DNA of 64,000 bases from assembly GCA_965235115.1 (NCBI GenBank), contig OZ249436.1, forward strand, positions 2,482,001 to 2,546,000, written 5' to 3'. The notes beneath the pieces were generated by a model that was given only the letters and a program-made list of their open reading frames with translations, had not been told where the DNA came from and did no database searches. Made by a program: the position numbers and the translations under genes. The DNA comes from Laetmonice hystrix. Its lineage: Eukaryota. Positions within the stretch are counted from its first letter, which is position 1. Each line of letters opens with the position of its first letter. Below, in pieces: positions 49,001 through 64,000 of this stretch.

Positions 49001-52000
49001 ATCCGTTTCGTGTATCATCTACTCCCATCTAATCTATGTCCCCCACAGACCATCTGTAAGCGTCCGACAACGTTGTCAGGTCGTCCCAATGACTGTTTGC
49101 CGTAAAGCTTTAGTTACCAATGGAAAATGACGTTGTACGCCTTTTCTATATCAGATATCCCATCCCCAAGTAACAAACAAACAAAGGAAGGTTACCGAGA
49201 TTTTGCAGGCAAGAAACACCAGGGTGCAGCACAACTGCACCGAAGCGGGGGGGGGGGGTCTCCGACTGCACTGCTACCTTCCGGCTAGCGGTGGAATCAC
49301 CACGTACTGGCAGGCACCTGTGGCTCTGAGGCGAGAGACAGGTTAAGGCAATGATAAGCGAAAAATGGCTACATTTTTGATGCCTCAAATTGAAACTAAG
49401 CGTCCCAAAATTATGATTCTTAGGCCAGATGTACGACTGTCAAACATATAGGTCTCGTACGTTCGCTACAGCTATATGATTCTGATGTGTACACTTCCCA
49501 TTTGAGCATGTTCTCCAGATTTTAACATTAGATGCTCCTCGCCTGTACCTTTCATTTCCACTACCTCACTGTAGTGTTTGCACCTTTCATTAGGCCAGTC
49601 GGTAAGATTTAAGGATTTCTCACTCTACTGGTTGGCCTTCCCCACTGCTTGGCCCCACAGTGTACTGTTTGGCCTCACTGTAGGCCTACTCTTAGGCCTT
49701 ACTGTAGTGTTTGCCGTAAAGCTTTAGTTAACAATGGAAAATGACGTTGTACGCCTTTTCTATATCAGATATCCCATCCTCATGTAACAAACAAACAAAG
49801 GAAGGTTACCGAGATTTTGCAGGCAAGAAACACCAGGGTGCAGCACAACTGCACTGAAGGGGGGGGGGGTCTCCGACTGCACTGCTACCTTCCGGCTAGC
49901 GGTGGAATCACCACGTACTGGCAGGCACCTGTGGCTCTGAGGCGAGAGACAGGTTAAGGCAATGATAAGCGAAAAATGGCTACATTTTTGATGCGTCAAA
50001 TTGAAACTAAGCCTCCCAAAATTATTATTCTTAGGCCAGATGTACGACTGTCAAACGTATAGGTCTCGTACGTTCGCTACAGATATATGGTTGTGATGTG
50101 TACACTTCGCATTTGGGTATCTTCTCCAGATTTTAACATTAGATGCTCCTCGCCTGTACCTTTCATTTCCTCTACCTCACTGTAGTGTTTGCATGGGTAC
50201 GAGGCCAGCCGGTAAGATTTAAGGATTTTCCACTCTACTGGTTGGCCTTCCCCAATGCTTGGCCCCACAGCATACTGTTTGGCCTCACTGTAGGCCTAGT
50301 CTTTGGCCTCACTGTAGTGTTCGCTTGGGTGCTAGGCCAGACAGTATACCTTGTAGCCATTCCTCCCTGTACTGTTTGGTCTTCCTCTACCGTTTGCTTG
50401 TATACAAGAGTAGCCAGTAGTATAGGGACGCCTCATGTTTCATGTTTCCATGCCTTTATTGTCCAGGAGGAAGGCCATCCGTTTCGTCTATCAATTACTC
50501 CCATCTAATCTATGTCCCCTACAGACCATCTGTAAGCGTCCGATAATGTTGTCAGGTCGTCCCAATGACTGTTTGCCGTAAGGCTTTAGTTAACAATGGA
50601 AAATGACGTTGTACGCCTTTTCTATATCAGCTATCACATTCCCAAGTAACAAACAAACAAAGGAAGGTTACCGAGATTTTGCAGGCAAGAAACACCAGGG
50701 TGCAGCACAACTGCACTGAAGCGGGGGGGGGGCACTCCGACTGCACTGCTACCTTCCGGCTAGCGGTGGAATCACCACGTACTGGCAGGCACCTGTGGCT
50801 CTGAGGCGAGAGACAGGTTAGGGCAATGATAAGCGAAAAATGGCTACATTTTTGATGCGTCAAATTGAAACTAAGCCTCCCAAAATTATGATTCTTAGGC
50901 CAGATGTACGACTGTCAAACGTATAGCTCTCGTACGTTCGCAACAGATATATGGTTGTGATGTGTACACTTCCCATTTGAGCATGTTCTCCAGATTTTAA
51001 CATTAGATGCTCCTCGCCTGTACCTTTCATTTCCACTACCTCACTGTAGTGTTTGCACCTTTCATTAGGCCAGCCGGTAAGATTTAAGGATTTCTCACTC
51101 TACTGGTTGGCCTTTCCCACTGCTTGGCCCCACAGTGTACTGTTTGGCCTCACTGTAGGCCTACTCTTAGGCCTTACTGTAGTGTTTGCCGTAAAGCTTT
51201 AGTTAACAATGGAAAATGACGTTGTACGCCTTTTCTATATCAGATATCCCATCCCCATGTAACAAACAAAACAAAGGAAGGTTACCGAGATTTTGCAGGC
51301 AAGAAACACCAGGGTGCAGCACAACTGCACTGAAGGGGGGGGGGGTCTCCGACTGCACTGCTACCTTCCGGCTAGCGGTGGAATCACCACGTACTGGCAG
51401 GCACCTGTGGCTCTGAGGCGAGAGACAGGTTAAGGCAATGATAAGCGAAAAATGGCTACATTTTTTATGCGTCAAATTGAAACTAAGCCCCCCAAAATTA
51501 TTATTCTTAGGCCAGATGTACGACTGTCAAACGTATAGGTCTCGTACGTTCGCTACAGATATATGGTTGTGATGTGTACACTTCGTATTTGAGTATCTTC
51601 TCCAGATGTTAACATTAGATGCTCCTCGCCTGTACCTTTCATTTCCACTACCTCACTGTAGTGTTTGCATGGGTACTAGGCCAGCCGGTAAGATTTAATG
51701 ATTTCTCACTCTACTGGTTGGCCTTCCCCACTGCTTGGCCCCACAGTGTACTGTTTGGCCTCACTGTAGGCCTACTCTTTGGCCTCACTGTAGTGTTCGC
51801 TTGGGTGCTAGGCCAGACAGTATACTTTGTAGCGATTCCTCATTTACTGTTTGGTCTTCCTCTACCGTTTGCTTGTATACAAGAGTAATCAGTAGTATAG
51901 GGACGCCTCATGTTTCATGTTTCCATGCCTTTATTGTCCAGGAGGAAGGCCATCCGTTTCGTCTATCAATTACTCCCATCTAATCTATGTCCCCTGCAGA

Positions 52001-54390
52001 CCATCTGTAAGCGTCCGACAACGTTGTCAGGTCGTCCCAATGACTGTTTGCCGTAAAGCTTTAGTTAACAATGGAAAATGACGTTGTACGCCTTTTCTAT
52101 ATCAGAAATCCCATCCCCAAGTAACAAACAAACAAAGGAAGGTTACCGAGATTTTGCCGGCAAGAAACACCAGGGTGCAGCACAACTGCACGGAAGCGGA
52201 GGGGGGGGGGGTCCCCGACTGCACTGCTACCTTGCGGCTAGCGGTGGAATCACCACGTACTGGCAGGCACCTGCGGCTCTGAGGCGAGAGACAGGTTAAG
52301 GCAATGATAAGCGAAAAATGGCTACATTTTTGATGCGTCAAATTGAAACTAAGCCTCCCAAAATTATGATTCTTAGGCCAGATGTACGACTGTCAAACGT
52401 ATAGGTCTCGTACGTTCGCTACACATATATGGTTGTGATGTGTACACTTCGCATTTGAATATCTTCTCCAGATTTTAACATTAGATGCTCCTCGCCTGTA
52501 CCTTTCATTTCCAGTACCTCACTGTAGTGTTTGCATGGGTACTAGGCCAGCCGGTAAGATTTAAGGATTTTCCACTCTACTGGTTGGCCTTCCCCACTGT
52601 TTGGCCCCACCGCATACTGTTTGGCCTCACTGTAGGCCTACTCTTTGGCCTCACTGTAGTGTTCGCTTGGGTGCTAGGCCAGACGGTATACCTTGTAGGC
52701 ATTCCTCCCTGTACTGTTTGGTCTTCCTCTACCGTTTGCTTGTATACAAGAGTAGCCAGTTTTATAGGGACGCCTCATGTTTCATGTTTCCATGCCTTTA
52801 TCGTCCAGGAGGAAGGCCATCCGTTTCGTCTATCATCTACTCCCATCTAATCTATGTCCCCTACAGACCATCTGTAAGCGTCCGACAACGTTGTCAGGTC
52901 GTCCCAATGACTGTTTGCCGTAAAGCTTTAGTTAACAATGGAAAATGTCGTTGTACGCCTTTTCTATATCAGATATCCCATCCCCAAGTAACAAACAAAC
53001 AAAGGAAGGTTACCGAGATTTTGCAGGCAAGAAACACCAGGGTGCAGCACAACTGCACTGAAGCGGGGGCGGGGGGTCTCCGACTGCACTGCTACCTTCC
53101 AGCTAGCGGTGGAATCACCACGTACTGGCAGGCACCTGTGGCTCTGAGGCGAGAGACAGGTTAAGGCAATGATAAGCGAAAAATGGCTACATTTTTTATG
53201 CGTCAAATTGAAACTAAGCCCCCCAAAATTATTATTCTTAGGCCAGATGTACGACTGTCAAACGTATAGGTCTCGTACGTTCGCTACAGATATATGGTTG
53301 TGATGTGTACACTTCGCATTTGAGTATCTTCTCCAGATGTTAACATTAGATGCTCCTCGCCTGTACCTTTCATTTCCACTACCTCACTGTAGTGTTTGCA
53401 TGGGTACTAGGCCAGCCGGTAAGATTTAATGATTTCTCACTCTACTGGTTGGCCTTCCCCACTGCTTGGCCCCACAGTGTACTGTTTGGCCTCACTGTAG
53501 GCCTACTCTTTGGCCTCACTGTAGTGTTCGCTTGGGTGCTAGGCCAGACAGTATACTTTGTAGCGATTCCTCCCTTACTGTTTGGTCTTCCTCTACCGCT
53601 TGCTTGTATACAAAAGTAGCCAGTAGTATAGGGACGCCTCATGTTTCATGTTTCCATGCCTTTATTGTCCAGGAGGAAGGCCATCCGTTTCGTCTATCAA
53701 TTACTCCCATCTAATCTATGTCCCCTGGAGACCATCTGTAAGCGTCCGACAACGTTGTCAGGTCGTCCCAATGACTGTTTGCCGTAAATCTTTAGTTAAC
53801 AATGGAAAATGACGTTGTACGCCTTTTCTATATCAGAAATCCCATCCCCAAGTAACAAACAAACAAAGGAAGGTTACCGAGATTTTGCCGGCAAGAAACA
53901 CCAGGGTGCAGCACAACTGCACTGAAGCGGAGGGGGGGGGGGTCCCCGACTGCACTGTTACCTTGCGGCTAGCGGTGGAATCACCACGTACTGGCAGGCA
54001 CCTGTGGCTCTGAGGCGAGAGACAGGTTAAGGCAATGATAAGCGAAAAATGGCTACATTTTTGATGCGTCAAATTGAAACTAAGCGTCCCAAAATTATGA
54101 TTCTTAGGCCAGATGTACGACTGTCAAACGTATAGGTCTCGTACGTTCGCTACACATATATGGTTGTGATGTGTACACTTCGCATTTGAATATCTTCTCC
54201 AGATTTTAACATTAGATGCTCCTCGCCTGTACCTTTCATTTCCAGTACCTCACTGTAGTGTTTGCACCTTTCATTAGGCCAGCCGGTAAGATTTAACGAT
54301 TTTCCACTCTACTGGTTGGCCTTCCCCACTGCTTGGCCCCACAGCATACTGTTTGGCCTCACTGTAGGCCTACTCTTTGGCCTCACTGTA

Positions 54391-54598
54391 TTTTATTTGC
54401 GGTGGACAGAATAAATCCGTCCAAATGCACTGGCATCAGGTTTACCCGGATGTGCTTTTGAAAATGTTCTAATGGACTTAATTTATCTGAGTTTGCTGGA
54501 CACTAATATGTCCGACAGATTTTTATTTCTTTGATAGCCAACGAGTAGCTCATCCCTGAAATGTCTGGGATATATGTTTTGTAAGCTTTGGTAGGTGA
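54391..54598. other. 208-bp insertion, copy 2
   Basis: Same sequence and monomer position as 27769-27976. Confidence 0.9.
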
Positions 54599-56429
54599 GT
54601 GTTCGCTTGGGTGCTAGGCCAGACGGTATACCTTGTAGGCATTCCTCCCTGTACTGTTTGGTCTTCCTCTACCGTTTGCTTGTATACAAGAGTAGCCAGT
54701 AGTATAGGGACGCCTCATGTTTCATGTTTCCATGCCTTTATTGTCCAGGAGGAAGGCCATCCGTTTCGTCTATCAATTACTCCCATCTAATCTATGTCCC
54801 CTGCAGACCATCTGTAAGCGTCCGACAACGTTGTCAGGTCGTCCCAATGACTGTTTGCCGTAAAGCTTTAGTTAACAATGGAAAATGACGTTGTACGCCT
54901 TTTCTATATCAGATATCCCATCCCCATGTAACAAACAAACAAAGGAAGGTTACCGAGATTTTGCAGGCAAGAAACACCAGGGTGCAGCACAACTGCACTG
55001 AAGGGGGGGGGGTCTCCGACTGCACTGCTACCTTCCGGCTAGCGGTGGAATCACCACGTACTGGCAGGCACCTGTGGCTCTGAGGCGAGAGACAGGTTAA
55101 GGCAATGATAAGCGAAAAATGGCTACATTTTTTATGCGTCAAATTGAAACTAAGCCCCCCAAAATTATTATTCTTAGGCCAGATGTACGACTGTCAAACG
55201 TATAGGTCTCGTACGTTCGCTACAGATATATGGTTGTGATGTGTACACTTCGCATTTGAGTATCTTCTCCAGATGTTAACATTAGATGCTCCTCGCCTGT
55301 ACCTTTCATTTCCACTACCTCACTGTAGTGTTTGCATGGGTACTAGGCCAGCCGGTAAGATTTAATGATTTCTCACTCTACTGGTTGGCCTTCCCCACTG
55401 CTTGGCCCCACAGTGTACTGTTTGGCCTCACTGAAGGCCTACTCTTTGGCCTCACTGTAGTGTTCGCTTGGGTGCTAGGCCAGACAGTATACTTTGTAGC
55501 GATTCCTCCCTTACTGTTTGGTCTTCCTCTACCGTTTGCTTGTATACAAGAGTAGCCAGTAGTATAGGGACGCCTCATGTTTCATGTTTCCATGCCTTTA
55601 TTGTCCAGGAGGAAGGCCATCCGTTTCGTCTATCAATTACTCCCATCTAATCTATGTCCCCTCCAGACCATCTGTAAGCGTCCGACAACGTTGTCAGGTC
55701 GTCCCAATGACTGTTTGCCGTAAAGCTTTAGTTAACAATGGAAAATGACGCTGTACGCCTTTTCTATATCAGAAATCCCATCCCCAAGTAACAAACAAAC
55801 AAAGGAAGGTTACCGAGATTTTGCCGGCAAGAAACACCAGGGTGCAGCACAACTGCACTGAAGCGGAGGGGGGGGGGGGGTCCCCGACTGCACTGCTACC
55901 TTGCGGCTAGCGGTGGAATCACCACGTACTGGCAGGCACCTGCGGCTCTGAGGCGAGAGACAGGTTAAGGCAATGATAAGCGAAAAATGGCTACATTTTT
56001 GATGCGTCAAATTGAAACTAAGCGTCCCAAAATTATGATTCTTAGGCCAGATGTACGACTGTCAAACGTATAGGTCTCGTACGTTCGCTACAGGTATACG
56101 GTTGTGATGTGTACACTTCGCATTTGAGTATCTTCTCCAGATGTTAACATTAGATGCTCCTCGCCTGTACCTTTCATTTCCACTACCTCACTGTAGTGTT
56201 TGCACCTTTCATTAGGCCAGCCGGTAAGATTTAACGATTTTCCACTCTACTGGTTGGCCTTCCCCACTGCTTGGCCCCACAGCATACTGTTTGGCCTCAC
56301 TGTAGGCCTACTCTTTGGCCTCACTGTAGTGTTCGCTTGGGTGCTAGGCCAGACGGTATACCTTGTAGCCATTCCTCCCTGTACTGTTTGGTCTTCCTCT
56401 ACCGTTTGCTTGTATACAAGGGTAGCCAG

Positions 56430-59400
56430 TAGTATAGGGACGCCTCATGTTTCATGTTTCCATGCCTTTATTGTCCAGGAGGAAGGCCATCCGTTTCGTC
56501 TATCAATTACTCCCATCTAATCTATGTCCCCTACAGACCATCTGTAAGCGTCCGATAATGTTGTCAGGTCGTCCCAATGACTGTTTGCCGTAAGGCTTTA
56601 GTTAACAATGGAAAATGACGTTGTACGCCTTTTCTATATCAGCTATCACATTCCCAAGTAACAAACAAACAAAGGAAGGTTACCGAGATTTTGCAGGCAA
56701 GAAACACCAGGGTGCAGCACAACTGCACTGAAGCGGGGGGGGGGCACTCCGACTGCACTGCTACCTTCCGGCTAGCGGTGGAATCACCACGTACTGGCAG
56801 GCACCTGTGGCTCTGAGGCGAGAGACAGGTTAGGGCAATGATAAGCGAAAAATGGCTACATTTTTGATGCGTCAAATTGAAACTAAGCCTCCCAAAATTA
56901 TGATTCTTAGGCCAGATGTACGACTGTCAAACGTATAGCTCTCGTACGTTCGCAACAGATATATGGTTGTGATGTGTACACTTCCCATTTGAGCATGTTC
57001 TCCAGATTTTAACATTAGATGCTCCTCGCCTGTACCTTTCATTTCCACTACCTCACTGTAGTGTTTGCACCTTTCATTAGGCCAGCCGGTAAGATTTAAG
57101 GATTTCTCACTCTACTGGTTGGCCTTTCCCACTGCTTGGCCCCACAGTGTACTGTTTGGCCTCACTGTAGGCCTACTCTTAGGCCTTACTGTAGTGTTTG
57201 CCGTAAAGCTTTAGTTAACAATGGAAAATGACGTTGTACGCCTTTTCTATATCAGATATCCCATCCCCATGTAACAAACAAAACAAAGGAAGGTTACCGA
57301 GATTTTGCAGGCAAGAAACACCAGGGTGCAGCACAACTGCACTGAAGGGGGGGGGGGTCTCCGACTGCACTGCTACCTTCCGGCTAGCGGTGGAATCACC
57401 ACGTACTGGCAGGCACCTGTGGCTCTGAGGCGAGAGACAGGTTAAGGCAATGATAAGCGAAAAATGGCTACATTTTTTATGCGTCAAATTGAAACTAAGC
57501 CCCCCAAAATTATTATTCTTAGGCCAGATGTACGACTGTCAAACGTATAGGTCTCGTACGTTCGCTACAGATATATGGTTGTGATGTGTACACTTCGTAT
57601 TTGAGTATCTTCTCCAGATGTTAACATTAGATGCTCCTCGCCTGTACCTTTCATTTCCACTACCTCACTGTAGTGTTTGCATGGGTACTAGGCCAGCCGG
57701 TAAGATTTAATGATTTCTCACTCTACTGGTTGGCCTTCCCCACTGCTTGGCCCCACAGTGTACTGTTTGGCCTCACTGTAGGCCTACTCTTTGGCCTCAC
57801 TGTAGTGTTCGCTTGGGTGCTAGGCCAGACAGTATACTTTGTAGCGATTCCTCATTTACTGTTTGGTCTTCCTCTACCGTTTGCTTGTATACAAGAGTAA
57901 TCAGTAGTATAGGGACGCCTCATGTTTCATGTTTCCATGCCTTTATTGTCCAGGAGGAAGGCCATCCGTTTCGTCTATCAATTACTCCCATCTAATCTAT
58001 GTCCCCTGCAGACCATCTGTAAGCGTCCGACAACGTTGTCAGGTCGTCCCAATGACTGTTTGCCGTAAAGCTTTAGTTAACAATGGAAAATGACGTTGTA
58101 CGCCTTTTCTATATCAGAAATCCCATCCCCAAGTAACAAACAAACAAAGGAAGGTTACCGAGATTTTGCCGGCAAGAAACACCAGGGTGCAGCACAACTG
58201 CACGGAAGCGGAGGGGGGGGGGGGTCCCCGACTGCACTGCTACCTTGCGGCTAGCGGTGGAATCACCACGTACTGGCAGGCACCTGCGGCTCTGAGGCGA
58301 GAGACAGGTTAAGGCAATGATAAGCGAAAAATGGCTACATTTTTGATGCGTCAAATTGAAACTAAGCCTCCCAAAATTATGATTCTTAGGCCAGATGTAC
58401 GACTGTCAAACGTATAGGTCTCGTACGTTCGCTACACATATATGGTTGTGATGTGTACACTTCGCATTTGAATATCTTCTCCAGATTTTAACATTAGATG
58501 CTCCTCGCCTGTACCTTTCATTTCCAGTACCTCACTGTAGTGTTTGCATGGGTACTAGGCCAGCCGGTAAGATTTAAGGATTTTCCACTCTACTGGTTGG
58601 CCTTCCCCACTGTTTGGCCCCACCGCATACTGTTTGGCCTCACTGTAGGCCTACTCTTTGGCCTCACTGTAGTGTTCGCTTGGGTGCTAGGCAAGACGGT
58701 ATACCTTGTAGGCATTCCTCCCTGTACTGTTTGGTCTTCCTCTACCGTTTGCTTGTATACAAGAGTAGCCAGTTTTATAGGGACGCCTCATGTTTCATGT
58801 TTCCATGCCTTTATCGTCCAGGAGGAAGGCCATCCGTTTCGTCTATCATCTACTCCCATCTAATCTATGTCCCCTACAGACCATCTGTAAGCGTCCGACA
58901 ACGTTGTCAGGTCGTCCCAATGACTGTTTGCCGTAAAGCTTTAGTTAACAATGGAAAATGTCGTTGTACGCCTTTTCTATATCAGATATCCCATCCCCAA
59001 GTAACAAACAAACAAAGGAAGGTTACCGAGATTTTGCAGGCAAGAAACACCAGGGTGCAGCACAACTGCACTGAAGCGGGGGCGGGGGGTCTCCGACTGG
59101 ACTGCTACCTTCCAGCTAGCGGTGGAATCACCACGTACTGGCAGGCACCTGTGGCTCTGAGGCGAGAGACAGGTTAAGGCAATGATAAGCGAAAAATGGC
59201 TACATTTTTTATGCGTCAAATTGAAACTAAGCCCCCCAAAATTATTATTCTTAGGCCAGATGTACGACTGTCAAACGTATAGGTCTCGTACGTTCGCTAC
59301 AGATATATGGTTGTGATGTGTACACTTCGCATTTGAGTATCTTCTCCAGATGTTAACATTAGATGCTCCTCGCCTGTACCTTTCATTTCCACTACCTCAC

Positions 59401-61497
59401 TGTAGTGTTTGCATGGGTACTAGGCCAGCCGGTAAGATTTAATGATTTCTCACTCTACTGGTTGGCCTTCCCCACTGCTTGGCCCCACAGTGTACTGTTT
59501 GGCCTCACTGTAGGCCTACTCTTTGGCCTCACTGTAGTGTTCGCTTGGGTGCTAGGCCAGACAGTATACTTTGTAGCGATTCCTCCCTTACTGTTTGGTC
59601 TTCCTCTACCGCTTGCTTGTATACAAAAGTAGCCAGTAGTATAGGGACGCCTCATGTTTCATGTTTCCATGCCTTTATTGTCCAGGAGGAAGGCCATCCG
59701 TTTCGTCTATCAATTACTCCCATCTAATCTATGTCCCCTGGAGACCATCTGTAAGCGTCCGACAACGTTGTCAGGTCGTCCCAATGACTGTTTGCCGTAA
59801 ATCTTTAGTTAACAATGGAAAATGACGTTGTACGCCTTTTCTATATCAGAAATCCCATCCCCAAGTAACAAACAAACAAAGGAAGGTTACCGAGATTTTG
59901 CCGGCAAGAAACACCAGGGTGCAGCACAACTGCACTGAAGCGGAGGGGGGGGGGGTCCCCGACTGCACTGTTACCTTGCGGCTAGCGGTGGAATCACCAC
60001 GTACTGGCAGGCACCTGTGGCTCTGAGGCGAGAGACAGGTTAAGGCAATGATAAGCGAAAAATGGCTACATTTTTGATGCGTCAAATTGAAACTAAGCGT
60101 CCCAAAATTATGATTCTTAGGCCAGATGTACGACTGTCAAACGTATAGGTCTCGTACGTTCGCTACACATATATGGTTGTGATGTGTACACTTCGCATTT
60201 GAATATCTTCTCCAGATTTTAACATTAGATGCTCCTCGCCTGTACCTTTCATTTCCAGTACCTCACTGTAGTGTTTGCACCTTTCATTAGGCCAGCCGGT
60301 AAGATTTAACGATTTTCCACTCTACTGGTTGGCCTTCCCCACTGCTTGGCCCCACAGCATACTGTTTGGCCTCACTGTAGGCCTACTCTTTGGCCTCACT
60401 GTATTTTATTTGCGGTGGACAGAATAAATCCGTCCAAATGCACTGGCATCAGGTTTACCCGGATGTGCTTTTGAAAATGTTCTAATGGACTTAATTTATC
60501 TGAGTTTGCTGGACACTAATATGTCCGACAGATTTTTATTTCTTTGATAGCCAACGAGTAGCTCATCCCTGAAATGTCTGGGATATATGTTTTGTAAGCT
60601 TTGGTAGGTGAGTGTTCGCTTGGGTGCTAGGCCAGACGGTATACCTTGTAGGCATTCCTCCCTGTACTGTTTGGTCTTCCTCTACCGTTTGCTTGTATAC
60701 AAGAGGAGCCAGTAGTATAGGGACGCCTCATGTTTCATGTTTCCATGCCTTTATTGTCCAGGAGGAAGGCCATCCGTTTCGTCTATCAATTACTCCCATC
60801 TAATCTATGTCCCCTGCAGACCATCTGTAAGCGTCCGACAACGTTGTCAGGTCGTCCCAATGACTGTTTGCCGTAAAGCTTTAGTTAACAATGGAAAATG
60901 ACGTTGTACGCCTTTTCTATATCAGATATCCCATCCCCATGTAACAAACAAACAAAGGAAGGTTACCGAGATTTTGCAGGCAAGAAACACCAGGGTGCAG
61001 CACAACTGCACTGAAGGGGGGGGGGTCTCCGACTGCACTGCTACCTTCCGGCTAGCGGTGGAATCACCACGTACTGGCAGGCACCTGTGGCTCTGAGGCG
61101 AGAGACAGGTTAAGGCAATGATAAGCGAAAAATGGCTACATTTTTTATGCGTCAAATTGAAACTAAGCCCCCCAAAATTATTATTCTTAGGCCAGATGTA
61201 CGACTGTCAAACGTATAGGTCTCGTACGTTCGCTACAGATATATGGTTGTGATGTGTACACTTCGCATTTGAGTATCTTCTCCAGATGTTAACATTAGAT
61301 GCTCCTCGCCTGTACCTTTCATTTCCACTACCTCACTGTAGTGTTTGCATGGGTACTAGGCCAGCCGGTAAGATTTAATGATTTCTCACTCTACTGGTTG
61401 GCCTTCCCCACTGCTTGGCCCCACAGTGTACTGTTTGGCCTCACTGAAGGCCTACTCTTTGGCCTCACTGTAGTGTTCGCTTGGGTGCTAGGCCAGA
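56430..61497. repeat. Copy of ~50420-55485 at a 6,012-6,013-bp offset (7-monomer higher-order repeat)
   Basis: Diagnostic variants recur at +6,012/3 (CAGCTATCACATT 50628/56640, deleted monomer, 208-bp insert, CACTGAAGG 55429/61442). Confidence 0.9.
60404..60611. other. 208-bp insertion, copy 3
   Basis: 6,013 bp after copy 2, part of the 7-mer higher-order repeat. Confidence 0.9.
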
Positions 61498-64000
61498 CGG
61501 TATACCTTGTAGCCATTCCTCCCTGTACTGTTTGGTCTTCCTCTACCGTTTGCTTGTATACAAGGGTAGCCAGTAGTATAGGGACGCCTCATGTTTCATG
61601 TTTCCATGCCTTTATTGTCCAGGACGAAGGCCATCCGTTTCGTCTATCATCTACTCCCATCTAATCTATGTCCCCCACAGACCATCTGTAAGCATCCGAC
61701 AACGTTGTCAGGTCGTCCCAATGACTGTTTGCCGTAAAGCTTTAGTTAACAATGGAAAATGACGTTGTACGCCTTTTCTATATCAGATATCCCATCCCCA
61801 AGTAACAAACAAACAAAGGAAGGTTACCGAGATTTTGCAGGCAAGAAACACCAGGGTGCAGCACAACTGCACCGAAGCGGGGGGGGGGGTCTCCGACTGC
61901 ACTGCTACCTTCCGGCTAGCGGTGGAATCACCACGTACTGGCAGGCACCTATGGCTCTGAGGCGAGAGACAGGTTAAGGCAATGATAAGCGAAAAATGGC
62001 TACATTTTTGATGCGTCAAATTGAAACTAAGCCTCCCAAAATTATGATTCTTAGGCCAGATGTACGACTGTCAAACGTATAGGTCTCGTACGTTCGCTAC
62101 AGATATATGGTTGTGATGTGTACACTTCCCATTTGAGCATGTTCTCCAGATTTTAACATTAGATGCTCCTCGCCTGTACCTTTCATTTCCACTACCTCAC
62201 TGTAGTGTTTGCACCTTTCATTAGGCCAGCCGGTAAGATTTAACGATTTTCCACTCTACTGGTTGGCCTTCCCCACTGCTTGGCCCCACAGCATACTGTT
62301 TGGCCTCACTGTAGGCCTACTCTTTGGCCTCACTGTAGTGTTCGCTTGGGTGCTAGGCCAGACAGTATACCTTGTAGCCATTCCTCCCTGTACTGTTTGG
62401 TCTTCCTCTACCGTTTGCTTGTATACAAGAGTAGCCAGTAGTATAGGGACGCCTCATGTTTCATGTTTCCATGCCTTTATTGTCCAGGAGGAAGGCCATC
62501 CGTTTCGTCTATCAATTACTCCCATCTAATCTATGTCCCCTACAGACCATCTGTAAACGTCCGACAATGTTGTCAGGTCGTCCCAATGACTGTTTGCCGT
62601 AAGGCTTTAGTTAACAATGGAAAATGACGTTGTACGCCTTTTCTATATCAGATATCCCATCCCCAAGTAACAAACAAACAAAGGAAGGTTACCGAGATTT
62701 TGCAGGCAAGAAACACCAGGGTGCAGCACAACTGCACTGAAGCGGGGGGGGGGGGGCACTCCGACTGCACTGCTACCTTCCGGCTAGCGGTGGAATCACC
62801 ACGTACTGGCAGGCACCTGTGGCTCTGAGGCGAGAGACAGGTTAGGGCAATGATAAGCGAAAAATGGCTACATTTTTGATGCGTCAAATTTAAACTAAGC
62901 GTCCCAAAATTATGATTCTTAAGCCAGATGTACGACTGTCAAACATATAGGTCTCGTACGTTCGCTACAGCTATATGGTTCTGATGTGTACACTTCCCAT
63001 TTGAGCATGTTCTCCAGATTTTAACATTAAATGCTCCTCGCCTGTACCTTTCATTTCCACTACCTCACTGTAGTGTTTGCACCTTTCATTAGGCCAGTCG
63101 GTAAGATTTAAGGATTTCTCACTCTACTGGTTGGCCTTCCCCACTGCTTGGCCCCACAGTGTACTGTTTGGCCTCACTGTAGGCCTACTCTTAGGCCTTA
63201 CTGTAGTGTTTGCCGTAAAGCTTTAGTTAACAATGGAAAATGACGTTGTACGCCTTTTCTATATCAGATATCCCATCCCCATGTAACAAACAAACAAAGG
63301 AAGGTTACCGAGATTTTGCAGGCAAGAAACACCAGGGTGCAGCACAACTGCACTGAAGGGGGGGGGGGGGTCTCCGACTGCACTGCTACCTTGCGGCTAG
63401 CGGTGGAATCACCACGTACTGGCAGGCACCTGTGGCTCTGAGGCGAGAGACAGGTTAAGGCAATGATAAGCGAAAAATGGCTACATTTTTTATGCGTCAA
63501 ATTGAAACTAAGCCCCCCAAAATTATTATTCTTAGGCCAGATGTACGACTGTCAAACGTATAGGTCTCGTACGTTCGCTACAGATATATGGTTGTGATGT
63601 GTACACTTCGCATTTGAGTATCTTCTCCAGATGTTAACATTAGATGCTCCTCGCCTGTACCTTTCATTTCCACTACCTCACTGTAGTGTTTGCATGGGTA
63701 CTAGGCCAGCCGGTAAGATTTAATGATTTCTCACTCTACTGGTTGGCCTTCCCCACTGCTTGGCCCCACAGTGTACTGTTTGGCCTCACTGTAGGCCTAC
63801 TCTTTGGCCTCACTGTAGTGTTCGCTTGGGTGCTAGGCCAGACAGTATACTTTGTAGCGATTCCTCCCTTACTGTTTGGTCTTCCTCTACCGTTTGCTTG
63901 TATACAAGAGTAGCCAGTAGTATAGGGACGCCTCATGTTTCATGTTTCCATGCCTTTATTGTCCAGGAGGAAGGCCATCCGTTTCGTCTATCAATTACTC

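Larger units (their letters stand above)
28011..54635. repeat. ~26.6-kb tandem segmental duplication, unit 2
   Basis: Near-identical to unit 1. Differences I noticed are poly-G lengths and one substitution (2046 G vs 28663 C). Confidence 0.95.
42538..64000. repeat. ~865-bp satellite array, block 3 (continues beyond window end)
   Basis: Monomer repeats continue to the end of the window. Deleted ~613-bp monomers at ~43441, ~49710, ~51186, ~57198 and ~63210. Confidence 0.98.

Overview
Eukaryotic (metazoan-looking) heterochromatin-type window with no intact protein-coding gene. About 40 kb is a head-to-tail ~865-bp satellite (~49 monomers) organised into higher-order repeats (2-mer ~1.73 kb, 4-mer ~3.47 kb, 7-mer ~6.01 kb). 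A near-identical ~26.6-kb tandem duplication covers ~1.4-28.0 kb and ~28.0-54.6 kb. Each duplicate carries four insertions: (i) a 9,747-bp Merlin/IS1595-type DNA transposon with an 8-bp TSD GGTTAAGG and imperfect 22-bp TIRs, (ii) a 530-bp MITE with a TTA TSD, (iii) a 1.38-kb TSD-less insert and (iv) a 208-bp insert. The Merlin element holds a decayed DDE transposase on + and, convergent with it on -, a decayed multi-exon P-loop ATPase gene resembling DUF3987/YfjI. One intron of that gene contains two Helentron-associated (HINE/DINE-1-like) elements, one nested in the other. The two-gene Merlin (transposase plus spliced ATPase) is the best candidate for an undescribed system. Family assignments rest on motif recognition by eye and no searches were run.
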